A stretch of DNA of 64,000 nucleotides, taken from positions 1 to 64,000 of the forward strand of contig JBBQUR010000022.1 in assembly GCA_038212275.1 (NCBI GenBank), in the 5' to 3' direction. This document shows, in pieces, positions 9,064 through 21,300 of the stretch. Under the pieces are notes generated by a model. That model was not told the DNA's origin, did not search any database, and saw nothing but the letters and a program-made list of their open reading frames with translations. The position numbers and the translations under genes are program-made. The stretch comes from Planctomycetota bacterium. Its GTDB lineage: Bacteria; Planctomycetota; B15-G4. Each line of letters begins with the position of its first letter. The first letter of the stretch is position 1.

Positions 9064-11154
9064 ATGGATCGAGGTTCCACCCCGGCGTCGATCGCACGTC
9101 GACCACTGCTCCTCGCAGGCATGCTCGTCGCAATGGCGACAGGCGGCGCTGCGCAGGTCCATAACGACGATTGCGCGACGGCCTGGTTGATCCCGGAGGG
9201 TGTCGTCAGCGGCAACAACACGCTCGCTCTTACGCAGTTCCAGACCGGGTGCGGCTTCGAGGCGCCCTTCACGCACGACATGTGGTACGTGCACGTGCCG
9301 CTCCACACGGGGCACCTCACGGCGACCTTCGGCTGTGACGGAGCCGGCTTCGACACGGGCCTCTTCATGTACAAGGGCAGTTGCGACGGCCTGCAGCTCA
9401 TCGGCTGCAACGACGACTCCTGCGGTCTGCTGTCGGCGTTGACGGTGCCTGTCGAGGCGGGCGAGCCCGTGTTCATCGTGGTGTCGGGCCTGGAGCCGTC
9501 CTCGTTCGGGTCGTTCACCATGAAGGTGAGCACGACTCCTTCCCCGCCAGTGTTCGATCCGCACATCGTGCTCGGACAGACCCTCGTCGGCATGGACCTC
9601 GGCGGGTTCACGGGCCCGATCCAGGGCGGTGACGAGTTCGGCGAGGTTGCGATCGTGGGCGATCTCGACCTGGACGGCGTGCCGGATCTCGCCGTCGGAG
9701 CTGCCCTGGACGACGACGGCAGCAAGGACGCCGGCGCGGTGTGGATGCTTCACCTCCATGCGGATGGCAGCGTGAAGTCGCAGCTGAAGGTCAGCCGGCT
9801 CAGCGGTGGATTTGCCGGTGACATCGGCACGAACGATCAGTTCGGTGCGGCGGTGGCAGGCCTCGGCGACCTCGACGGCGACGGCACGCCCGACCTCGCG
9901 GTCGGTTCGCCGACGGACTCCGATGTCTTCTTCTTCTCGGGTGCAGTGTGGGTGCTGTTCCTCAACCCGGACGGGAGCGTGAAGGACCAGCGCAAGATCG
10001 GACAGTCGGCTGGCGGTTTCGGCGGCGTGCTCCACGCCCAGGATCGCTTCGGAGGCGGAGTCGCCGGCCTCGGTGACGTCGATGGTGATGGCATTCCGGA
10101 CCTTGCCGTGGGTGCGGAACAGGACAACGACTTCGCAGTGAATGCCGGCGCTGTCTGGATCCTCTTCATGAACCGCGACGGCACGGTGCGCACGCAGCAG
10201 AAAATCAGCGCGACAGCCGGCGGCTTCGGCTTTCCCCTGGAAGAAGTGGGCTGGTTCGGTTCGAGCGTCGCGTCCGCGGGTGACGTCAATGGCGATGGCG
10301 TCCCTGATCTGGCAGTCGGGGCGCCACTCTCGAACACGGAGGAGACGGGCCTGTTGTGGCTGCTGTTCCTCCGCTCCGACGGAACGGTGAAGGAAGCGTT
10401 GCCGATCGGCCCATCTCACGGCGGATTTACGCTCGAGTTGAGTGATGGAGCACACTTCGGCGAGTCGGTCACCGGCATCGGCGACCTTGATGCCGATGGG
10501 GTTCCGGACCTCGCGGTCGGCGCTCCCGACCACAAGTTTCCAGGCAGTGGAACCGTCTCCCCAGGCGCCATCGCACTGCTTTTCCTGCGCGCGGACGGAA
10601 CGCTGAAGAAGCAGCGACTCATCGACGGCTCAACCGAGAATCTCGGTGACACGGGACGTCTCGGCTCGGCGCTCACGTCGCCCGGTGACCTGGATGGCGA
10701 CGGCAGACTCGACCTGATCGCCGGGGAACGCGTGCCCGTCTTTCCAACCGACAAGCTGCGGACACTTTTCCTGGACGCCGCCAATCCATGGACCTTCACC
10801 GCGGGCGCGCTCGCTGGAATCGACGGATTCCCGGTCCTCACGGGCTCAGGTTCCCTCGTGCCCTCCTCACCGACGACGCTGTCGTTGGCGAGCGCGGCGC
10901 CGCACAGTCACGCGACCCTGTTCATCGGATTCAGTCTCCTGAACGCGCCGTTCCTCGGCGGCCTGCTCGTGCCGGCGCGTGACCTTGTGATGACAGGCCT
11001 CGCCACCGACGCGCGGGGACGGCTGGATGTCAGCGGGATCTGGCCCGACGGCTTGCCGGAACAGTTTCCGGTGTGGTTCCAGATCTGGACGACGGACGCG
11101 GCCGGACTCAAGGGATTCAGCGCCAGCAACGGACTTGTCGGCACGACGCCGTGA
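9064..11154 (+). CDS. Secreted FG-GAP (integrin-alpha beta-propeller) repeat protein
   Basis: Six FG...GDLDGDG-PDLAVGA repeats; N-terminal NDDC...DMWY...FDT...GCNDDSC domain; signal peptide. Start is 9064 or 9121. Confidence 0.85.
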   Translation: MDRGSTPASIARRPLLLAGMLVAMATGGAAQVHNDDCATAWLIPEGVVSGNNTLALTQFQTGCGFEAPFTHDMWYVHVPLHTGHLTATFGCDGAGFDTGLFMYKGSCDGLQLIGCNDDSCGLLSALTVPVEAGEPVFIVVSGLEPSSFGSFTMKVSTTPSPPVFDPHIVLGQTLVGMDLGGFTGPIQGGDEFGEVAIVGDLDLDGVPDLAVGAALDDDGSKDAGAVWMLHLHADGSVKSQLKVSRLSGGFAGDIGTNDQFGAAVAGLGDLDGDGTPDLAVGSPTDSDVFFFSGAVWVLFLNPDGSVKDQRKIGQSAGGFGGVLHAQDRFGGGVAGLGDVDGDGIPDLAVGAEQDNDFAVNAGAVWILFMNRDGTVRTQQKISATAGGFGFPLEEVGWFGSSVASAGDVNGDGVPDLAVGAPLSNTEETGLLWLLFLRSDGTVKEALPIGPSHGGFTLELSDGAHFGESVTGIGDLDADGVPDLAVGAPDHKFPGSGTVSPGAIALLFLRADGTLKKQRLIDGSTENLGDTGRLGSALTSPGDLDGDGRLDLIAGERVPVFPTDKLRTLFLDAANPWTFTAGALAGIDGFPVLTGSGSLVPSSPTTLSLASAAPHSHATLFIGFSLLNAPFLGGLLVPARDLVMTGLATDARGRLDVSGIWPDGLPEQFPVWFQIWTTDAAGLKGFSASNGLVGTTP

Positions 11155-11264
11155 GTGCGGGCGGCAACGGGGCGGCGGGTGCCGCGGCGTCTGAGCCCGC
11201 CGCCACTTGCTGAACCGCACCATGCCCTGACTGCGGCAGGGCAGGCCGAGCGGGCCAGACCGGA

Positions 11265-11370
11265 TGACTCTGCAGCTGCGGAGATCCTGTCGGAGGACGG
11301 CCGCGTCGCTGATCTGCACTCGTTGCGCGTCTCACCGGGCACGACTGAGGCACGGCTCGGCGTCTCGCCG
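11265..11370 (+). pseudogene. Remnant of tyrosine recombinase/phage integrase catalytic region
   Basis: Translation DDSAAAEILSEDGRVADLHSLRVSPGTTEARLGVSP resembles the integrase segment DLxAAGI...DGRVADFHSLRHT...LARxGVxP (H-x-L-R motif); lies about 95 bp from the tRNA 3' end. Confidence 0.55.
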
Positions 11371-11464
11371 GTTCACACGCCGCCGGCGCGATCGCGAGCG
11401 ATGGCAACCCCGCATTACCCGAGGACTGTTGCGAAACACTGCGAGTTGTTGCGTCAGAAACCGC

Positions 11465-11541
<77 letters not shown>

Positions 11542-11620
11542 CTGGGGGGACATTGAACCCTTCGCGGCGCGGCGAAGGAACGGCGCGACCGCCGCGAGCG
11601 CGCCACGCCGCCGCACCCGC

Positions 11621-13639
11621 TCAGTACGGCCCGAGCTTCCTTCGCGGCTGGGCGGCCATCGCGTCGAGCTGGCCGCGCAGTTCGACGAGGTAGGCGGGGT
11701 CGGCCTGCGGCTCCTTCCGGATGTAGGTGTCCAGCATCTGGCGCGCGAGCGCCGGATTGCGGTCGAGGTTGATGAGCGACTTCGCGGCATCGAGCAGCAG
11801 CGCCGGACACTGCTCCTGGTAGTAGAGGGCGAGGAGGTCCGAGAAGACCAGCCAGGCCTCTTCGTAGCGCTCGACCGCGTAGTAGGCGCGGCCCAGCGCG
11901 AAGAAGGTCTCGGCGCTCTCGGGGCCGCGATGACTGGAGATCGCGTCGCGCAGCGGCTCGATGGCGAGCTGCGGCCGGCCGAGCTGCAGCTCGATCATGC
12001 CGATGGCGTTGAGCGTGCGGAAGTTGCGTGGTGCGCGGGCATCGGCGAGGCGGCTGTCGGCCAGCGCCTCGTCGAAACGGCCGAGCGAGAAGAGCAGTTC
12101 CGCGCGATGTGTCAGCAGGTTGGCGCGGTACGGGAAGCAGCGGTCCGCGGCGAGCAGTCCGTCCAGTGCGCGGTCCATGAGCGGCTTGGCGTGGCGCAGG
12201 TCGCCGCGGGCCTGCGCGGCGCGCGCGGCGCGTTCGTCGGCAACGCTCTGCACGGCCAGCGCCCCGGAACGCCCGTAGTCGATCCAGCTGGGGTAGACCA
12301 CGCCGAGCAGGCATGCGATCGCGATCAGCCCCGCGGCCGCCGGCAGCTTGCCGCCGACCCTCTCGCGCGAGACGCAGCCGGCCCGCGTCACGATCGCGAG
12401 CAGGATCATGATCAGGCTGCCGGCCTCGGGCCACTTCAGCGGCGTCTCGATGAGGAAGTAGACGAGCGCGGCGACCAGCGCGGCGCCGGCGGCGTGAAAG
12501 CTCGCGCGCCGCGAGTCGTCGTTCGTCAGCAGCGCCGCGCCCTTGCGCACGGCGTGCGTCGCATGCCGCAGCACGAACAGGAAGGCGATGAGTCCGGGCA
12601 GGCCCAGCTCGGCGAGCACGTGCAGGAATTGATCGTGTGCGTGCGGCACGGAGCGCAGCGCGTAGTGGTAGCTGGGCAGCACGGCGTCGAAGGCGCCCGG
12701 ACCGACGCCGGTGAGAAGATGGTCTGCGGCCATCCGGAGCGTGTCGAACCAGATGCGCAGGCGCGAGAAGTTGAAGTCGCTGGCATCCGGGTCGAAGACC
12801 AGCAGCACGCGCTCCACGGCGTGGCTCACGACGCCGGGCAGCAGGCCCGCCAGCGTGGCCAGCACGAGCGCCACCATGCCGAAGGCGCCGAACAGCGCGG
12901 CGCGTCGCAGCAGCGCGGCGGCGCGCCCGCCTCCGCGGCCCGCTGCACGCGCCCGCAGCGTCAGGTGCACGATCGCCGCCACGCCGATCGCCAGGTAGGC
13001 GCCGCGGCTCCCGATGGCGAGCAGGAAGATGCCGATGGGGACGAGCGCCGCGCCGACCGCGAGGGACCACGCGCGCGACAGGCCGCGATCGTAGAGCAGC
13101 ACGGCCCCGCCGACGAAGACCATGACGAGGTACTGGGCCGCGAGGTAGCTGTGCGGAAACAGCGGCGTGGCGAGGGCGCCGCTGCGCTCCTGCTCCGGAG
13201 CGCCGCTGGCGAGGAATCGCTGGTAGGCGAAGAGGCCGAGCACCGCGATCACGACCGCGGCGCCCAGCGCGGCGCCGAGGACGCTGCGCACGTCGCGCGG
13301 CGAGCGCAGCGCCTTGACGGCCAGCACGTAGGTGAGCGCCGTCGCGAGCAGCTCGCCCACCTGGTAGCGGGCCAGGCCCGAACTCTCTGCCCAGATCGTG
13401 GCGGGGATGGCCGTGGCGAAGAAGGCGGCCAGCGCGAAGTCCGTCGGCGTGCCGAGGGCCGGCGACGCACCGTCGCCCAGCGTGTCGAAGAGCAGGAAAA
13501 GCACGCCCGCCGTCGCGAGCGCGAGGTAGACGAGGACCTTGCTCGCGATGATCGTCTCGCCCGGCGGCACGAGCGGCATGAGGAAGGCGAGCCCGAGGAG
13601 GCACGCGAGAGCCAGGCGCGCGGCGGTCGATCGGGGCAT
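11621..13639 (-). CDS. O-antigen ligase (Wzy_C) family membrane protein with C-terminal TPRs
   Basis: Many TM helices; GSRGAYL; RLRIW..TLRM; TGVGPGAF; PHAHDQFLHVLAELGLPG; C-terminal TPR helices. Confidence 0.85.
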   Translation of the reverse strand: MPRSTAARLALACLLGLAFLMPLVPPGETIIASKVLVYLALATAGVLFLLFDTLGDGASPALGTPTDFALAAFFATAIPATIWAESSGLARYQVGELLATALTYVLAVKALRSPRDVRSVLGAALGAAVVIAVLGLFAYQRFLASGAPEQERSGALATPLFPHSYLAAQYLVMVFVGGAVLLYDRGLSRAWSLAVGAALVPIGIFLLAIGSRGAYLAIGVAAIVHLTLRARAAGRGGGRAAALLRRAALFGAFGMVALVLATLAGLLPGVVSHAVERVLLVFDPDASDFNFSRLRIWFDTLRMAADHLLTGVGPGAFDAVLPSYHYALRSVPHAHDQFLHVLAELGLPGLIAFLFVLRHATHAVRKGAALLTNDDSRRASFHAAGAALVAALVYFLIETPLKWPEAGSLIMILLAIVTRAGCVSRERVGGKLPAAAGLIAIACLLGVVYPSWIDYGRSGALAVQSVADERAARAAQARGDLRHAKPLMDRALDGLLAADRCFPYRANLLTHRAELLFSLGRFDEALADSRLADARAPRNFRTLNAIGMIELQLGRPQLAIEPLRDAISSHRGPESAETFFALGRAYYAVERYEEAWLVFSDLLALYYQEQCPALLLDAAKSLINLDRNPALARQMLDTYIRKEPQADPAYLVELRGQLDAMAAQPRRKLGPY

Positions 13640-13767
13640 GGGCGTCCGTTCTAACCGATGCGGCGACGCGGACCACGCGTCGATGCACGCGTCGTGGTGC
13701 GGCGGGCCGCACCGCGCGCGGGCCGAGCCCGGGGCCTACCGCATCGCGCCGGCGGCCCGTCGGTCGG

Positions 13768-13773
13768 TACAAT
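13768..13773 (+). promoter_or_regulatory. Putative -10 element for a leaderless purD transcript
   Basis: TACAAT followed by 6 nt and then ATG 13780; no Shine-Dalgarno. Confidence 0.5.
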
Positions 13774-13779
13774 CGCCGC

Positions 13780-15087
13780 ATGAACGTGCTGGTTGTGGGT
13801 CCGGGCGGGCGCTGCCACGCCATTCTTGAAGCGCTCGCGCGCAGTCCGTCCGCGGGGCGCCTGCTCGTGGCGCCCGGCAACGCGGGCATGTCGGGCCTCG
13901 CCGAGGTTCTGGACATCCCCGTCACCGACAACGAGCGACTGGTCGCGCTGTGTCAGGCGCAGCAGGTGGGGCTGGTGATCGTGGGCCCGGAGGCGCCGCT
14001 GGTCGGCGGCCTCGTGGACGCGCTCCAGCTCGCCGGCATCCCCGCACTCGGGCCGACGAAGGCTGCCGCGCACATCGAGGGCAGCAAGGCCTACATGAAG
14101 GACCTCTGCCGGCGCGCGCGCATTCCGACAGCCGGATACAAGGTCTTCACGAGCAGCTCCGAGGCGATCGCCTACGCCGAGATGCACGATCGCTGGCCCA
14201 CCGTGATCAAGGCGGACGGCCTGGCGGCGGGCAAGGGTGTCGTCATCGCGCAGAACAATGCCGAGGCGGTGCTCGCCGTGCGCTCGATGATGCTGGACCG
14301 GGCCTTCGGCGAGGCCGGCGAACGCATCGTCTTCGAGGACTTCCTCGTCGGCGAGGAACTCTCGGTCATGGCGCTCGTGGACGGCGAGACCATCGCCGTG
14401 CTCGAACCCTCGCGCGATCACAAGGCCGCCTTCGACGGCGACAGCGGACCGAACACCGGCGGCATGGGCGCCTTCTCGCCCAGCAAGCTGCTGACGCGCC
14501 GCACCTACGAGCAGATCGAGGAGCGCATCCTGATCCCGGTCGTGCACACGCTCGTGCGCGAGGGCCGGCCCTTTCGCGGCATCCTGTACGCAGGGCTGAT
14601 GCTCACCGACGAGGGACCGATGGTGCTCGAGTTCAACGCGCGCGGCGGCGATCCCGAGATCGAGGTCCTCATGCCGCGCCTGCTGAGCGATCCGCTCGAG
14701 CTCTTCCTGGCGACGGCGACCGGCCGGCTCGCGGCGCACGAGGACATCCGCTGGAGCCCCGAGCACGCCTGCGGCGTGGTGCTCGTGGACGGCAACTACC
14801 CGGGTCCCGTCACGCCGGGCAAGCGCATCACCGGCGTCGATGCGGCCGCCGCGCGGCCGGGCGTGCACGTCTATCACATGGCGACGCGGATGCGGAACGG
14901 CCACCTCGAGACTGCGGGCGGTCGCGTGCTGTGCGTCGTGGGGCTCGGCGCCGACCTGGCCGCGGCGCGCGCCACGGCCTACGCCGCCGTCACCGACATC
15001 CGCTTCGATGGCATGCGCTTCCGCACGGACATCGGCTGGCGCGAGCTGCCCGGCGCACGGCGCGAGGAGCTGGCGGGCGCGCCGTGA
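13780..15087 (+). CDS. purD: Phosphoribosylamine--glycine ligase
   Basis: [86 protein letters not shown]. Confidence 0.97.
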   Translation: MNVLVVGPGGRCHAILEALARSPSAGRLLVAPGNAGMSGLAEVLDIPVTDNERLVALCQAQQVGLVIVGPEAPLVGGLVDALQLAGIPALGPTKAAAHIEGSKAYMKDLCRRARIPTAGYKVFTSSSEAIAYAEMHDRWPTVIKADGLAAGKGVVIAQNNAEAVLAVRSMMLDRAFGEAGERIVFEDFLVGEELSVMALVDGETIAVLEPSRDHKAAFDGDSGPNTGGMGAFSPSKLLTRRTYEQIEERILIPVVHTLVREGRPFRGILYAGLMLTDEGPMVLEFNARGGDPEIEVLMPRLLSDPLELFLATATGRLAAHEDIRWSPEHACGVVLVDGNYPGPVTPGKRITGVDAAAARPGVHVYHMATRMRNGHLETAGGRVLCVVGLGADLAAARATAYAAVTDIRFDGMRFRTDIGWRELPGARREELAGAP

Positions 15088-15106
15088 CACGCACGCGGCG
15101 CGTGTC

Positions 15107-15616
15107 ATGAGCCAGGACAGCTCCATGAAGCAGATCGCGGAGCGCTTCGAGAAGTTCCTGCGCACGAAGGGCCTGCGCTTCACGCGCCAGCGCAGTGCCA
15201 TCCTGAGAGCGATCTACGCGACGCATCGCCACGTCTCCGCGGACCAGCTCTACGCGCTGCTCCACAAGGACGGCAAGGCGACGGAGCTGAACATCAGCCG
15301 AGCGACCGTCTACCGCACGCTCGCGCTGCTGGCCGAGGGGGGCTTCGTTCAGGCGCTCGATCTCGGGCGCGACTCGGGGGCGCTCTACGAGCACACGCTG
15401 GGCCACGAGCACCACGACCACATGATCTGCCTCGAGTGCGGGCGCATCCTCGAGTTCAGCGACAGCCGTCTCGAGGCGGTGCAGGAGGAGGCCGTCCGCA
15501 AGCACGGCTTCCTGGCCCGGAGCCACCGGCTCAATGTCTTCGGGACCTGCGATCGCTGCGCTCGCAGCGCCGACGAGGCCGGCAGCGCGGGCGGGGCGGC
15601 GACGGAAAGCGGCTGA
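15107..15616 (+). CDS. fur: Fur-family transcriptional repressor
   Basis: LRFTRQR, HVSADQLY, SRATVYRTL, HEHHDHMICLECG, C-terminal CDRC. Alternative start at 15125. Confidence 0.92.
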   Translation: MSQDSSMKQIAERFEKFLRTKGLRFTRQRSAILRAIYATHRHVSADQLYALLHKDGKATELNISRATVYRTLALLAEGGFVQALDLGRDSGALYEHTLGHEHHDHMICLECGRILEFSDSRLEAVQEEAVRKHGFLARSHRLNVFGTCDRCARSADEAGSAGGAATESG

Positions 15617-15656
15617 CGTTGCGGCACGAGCGTCCCGCCGTGCTACGCTTCCGGGC

Positions 15657-15674
15657 TTGAGATCGCGTCTCATT
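15657..15674 (+). promoter_or_regulatory. Putative Fur operator upstream of feoA
   Basis: TTGAGATCGCGTCTCATT, i.e. TGAGA-N5-TCTCA inverted repeat with 7-1-7 geometry, just downstream of an extended -10-like TGCTACGCT (15641-15649). Confidence 0.55.
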
Positions 15675-15720
15675 TGACCCTGCGCGGCCCCGGCGCCGAA
15701 CGCCGGGCGACGGACTCCCC

Positions 15721-15974
15721 TTGATCACCGCTCTCTCCGCCCTTCGCAACGACCAGCGGGCCGTGCTGCTCCGCGTGAGGGGCGAGCACGGCTACCGGCG
15801 CCGGCTGCTGGAACTCGGCTTCCTGCCCGGCACGCCGCTGCGCATGGTCCGGCGCGTCGACGTCGGCGACATCCTGGAGGTCGAGCTGCGCCACAGCCGC
15901 GTGTCGCTGCGCCTCAGCGAGGCGCGCGGCATCGAGGTGGACCTGTCGGTGCCGCCGGCCGCGGCGAGCAAGCC

Positions 15975-15978
<4 letters not shown>
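15721..15978 (+). CDS. feoA: Ferrous iron transport protein A
   Basis: RRRLLELGFLPGT...GD...SRVSLRLSEA; overlaps the feoB start. Confidence 0.9.
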
Positions 15979-18170
<2,192 letters not shown>

Positions 18171-18349
18171 CGCCGCCGATGCCGCCGCCAGCGGCCGTGA
18201 CGCCGCCGACGCCTGCTGCGGTCTGCCCGGTCCCGACGATGCTGCGACTCGGCACGGCTATACTGCGGAAGCTCGGTGCGACGACGTGCATAGGGAGTGC
18301 GGACGTGCTCAAATTCCTGGTCGTCGGGCCCGCATCCCGGGGAAGATCC

Positions 18350-21300
18350 ATGTCGATCCACCACCCAGCGTCGGTCGGCGCGTCTCTGCTGACCGTGCTT
18401 TGCTTCTTCCTTGCGCCGCTGGCCGCGCCGCTGGCCGCGCAGGTCGACTCGCGCCCGGCCGCGGTGGCACCGCCGTCGCCCGCCGCGACGGAACACGTGA
18501 AGCCTCTCGAGGCGCCGCCTGCGCCGCCGCGCGAGGCAGACGGCGACGTCGGCGCTCCGGAGTCCGGTGCGCAGTCCAGCGACTGCGGCTGCCATGCCTG
18601 CACCGCGGATGCAGACGGCGGTTGCGGTTGCGGCTGCACCTCTGCGCTGTCCATCGGACTGCCGGAGGGCTTCCTCGACGAGACGCAGCCCGGCGACCTC
18701 GAACAGGCGGTGGGGCTGGTGTTCGGCGAGGACGGGCACCTTTTCGTCTGGGAGAAGGCCGGCCGCGTGTGGTTGCTGGAGAACGGCGTGAAGTCGGCCA
18801 CGCCCTTCCTCGACATCTCCGAGGAAGTGGGCGACTGGTTCGACTACGGCCTGCTCGGCTTCACGCTCGACCCGGCGTTCGCGGTGAACGGTTACGTCTA
18901 CGCCTTCTATGTCGTCGACTACCACTACCTGACGAAGTTCGGCACGCCCGAGTACGACCCGCACGTCAACGAGTTCAACAAGGACACGATCGCGCGCATC
19001 ACGCGCTTCACGGCCAACGCCGCCAACGGCTTTCACAGCGTGCTCCCCGGAAGCCGCCACGTGCTGCTCGGCGAGAGCATCACGACCGGCATCCCGCTGT
19101 GCGGCACCTCGCACGGCGCGGGCAGCCTCGTCTTCGGCAGCGACGGCACGCTCATGGCCTCGTGCGGTGATGGCAGCTCCGGGCTCACGACGATGACCTG
19201 CCTCAGCGACGGCATCATCAAGCCCAAGGAAGACGTCGGCGCCTTCCGCCCCCAGCTCGTGGATTCGCTGTCGGGCAAGCTGCTGCGCCTCGACCCCGCC
19301 ACGGGCGACGGCGTGCCGGGCAACCCTTTCTACGACGGGCTCGATCCGCGCGCGCCGAGGTCGCGCGTCTGGGCGCTGGGCCTGCGCCAGCCGTGCCGCT
19401 TCAACCTGCGCCCCGGCACCGGCAGCCTCAACCCGGCGGATGCGCAACCCGGCACCTTCTATGTCGGCGACGTGGGCGCCGGCTTCTGGGAGGAGCTGAA
19501 TGTCGTGCGCGGCCCGGGGCTCAACTTCGGCTGGCCGATCTGGGAGGGCCCCAACCTCTTCGCGATGGCGACCAACCTGCAGGACAATCTCGACGCGCCC
19601 AATCCGCTCTTCGGCGGCGCGTGCACGCAGCCCTTCTTCCATTTCCAGGACCTGCTCGCTGCGGACAGCAACAATGCGCCGCAGTGGAAGAACCCCTGCA
19701 ACCCGGCCGTGCCCATCGTCACGTCGGCGCCGCTCTTCGTGCACAAGCGCCCCGTGCTCACCTGGCAGCACGGCGGTGAGGCCTTCGTGCCGACGTATGC
19801 CTTGTCCGGCGCGGCCAGCCTCACGATGCTCGGCACGCCGGCCAGTCCGGTGGAAGGTGACTCCTTCGGCGGCAACTGTTCGATCGGCGGCACCTGGTAC
19901 ACGGGGACCGCGTTTCCCGGGGAGTATCAGGGCACGTACTTCCACGCCGACTATGGCGAGGGCTGGATCCGCAACCTCGCGTTCACCGCCGATGACCGGC
20001 TGATCGAGGTGCGTCCTTTCGCCAGCACGGTGGGGCGCATCGTGAGCCTAAGCGAAAACCCCGTCGACGGCAGCCTCTGGTACATCAACTACACGGACCT
20101 CGGCGCGTCGCGCCTGCACCGGATCCGCTACGTGGCGGGCAACTTCCCGCCGATCGCGAAGCTCGGCGCGAGCGCCTTGTGGGGGCCCGCGCCGCTCGTC
20201 GTGAACTTCGATGCTGGTGCATCGACGGATCCCGAACAGCAGCCGCTCGAGTACACGTGGACCTTCGGCGACGGCACGCCGGACAGCCATCTCGTCGCGC
20301 CGGTGCACACCTTTCCGTCCGAGGACATCACCGCGCTCGGGACCGTGCACGCCAAGTGCTACGACCTGAACCCGCCCGGCCCGAAGGGGCCCGGCAACCC
20401 GGATCCCGAGGTCATGCGCGACGGTGACTATCCGCCCGTCGGCACGCTCGACACGCAGCGACAGTTCCTCACGATGCACCTCGACGCCGGCGGCCAGAAC
20501 GACAACGGCGGCGTGGACTACGTGGGCTGGACCTTCAGCCAGCCGCGCACCTTCGTCGGCCTGCTCTACCAGGAAGGTCTCTACTACGCCGGCGGCGGCT
20601 GGTGGGACACGTGGCGCGTGCAGGTGCGCGTCAACGGCGTGTGGACCACGGTCAACAACGTCACATCCACTCCGCCCTATCCCGGCCAGCTCTATCCGCA
20701 CTTCGAGACCTTCGAGATGCGCTTCCCGCCGACGACCGGCACCGGCATCCGCCTCAATGGCAAGCCTGGCGGCATCGGCACGATCAAGTTCATCTCCGTG
20801 GGTGAGTTGCGCGTGCTCGCGACGCCGCTCGCGCCGGTGACGGACGCGACCAACTATCCGGTGTCCCTCGAGGTGACGGACTCGGCGGGCGGCAGCACGA
20901 CGGCGGCGGTCTCGATCTCGCTCAACAACTCGCCGCCGAAGGCGAAGATCCGCGATCCGGCCGACCTCTCGCTCTACTCCAACAGCGAGCCGATGCTCGG
21001 CCTGCTCAAGGGCAGCTACTCGGATCCCGAGCAGGCGGATGCCGCGCTGAGCTGTCGCTGGGAGATCATCGACCACCACAACGACCACACGCACCCGCAG
21101 CCGGTGCTGCACGACTGCGAGGCGCAGGCGGTCCTCGCGGGCGAGTGTTGCGATGGCGACGTGCACTACATCGAGGTCGTGTACACCGTCACCGACCCGT
21201 TCGGGCTCTCCGCGAGCGATCGGCACTGGCTCATTCCCGATGTCGACCGCAACCTGAACGGCGTCGATGACGTGCTCGAGATCGCCGCAGACCCGTCGCT

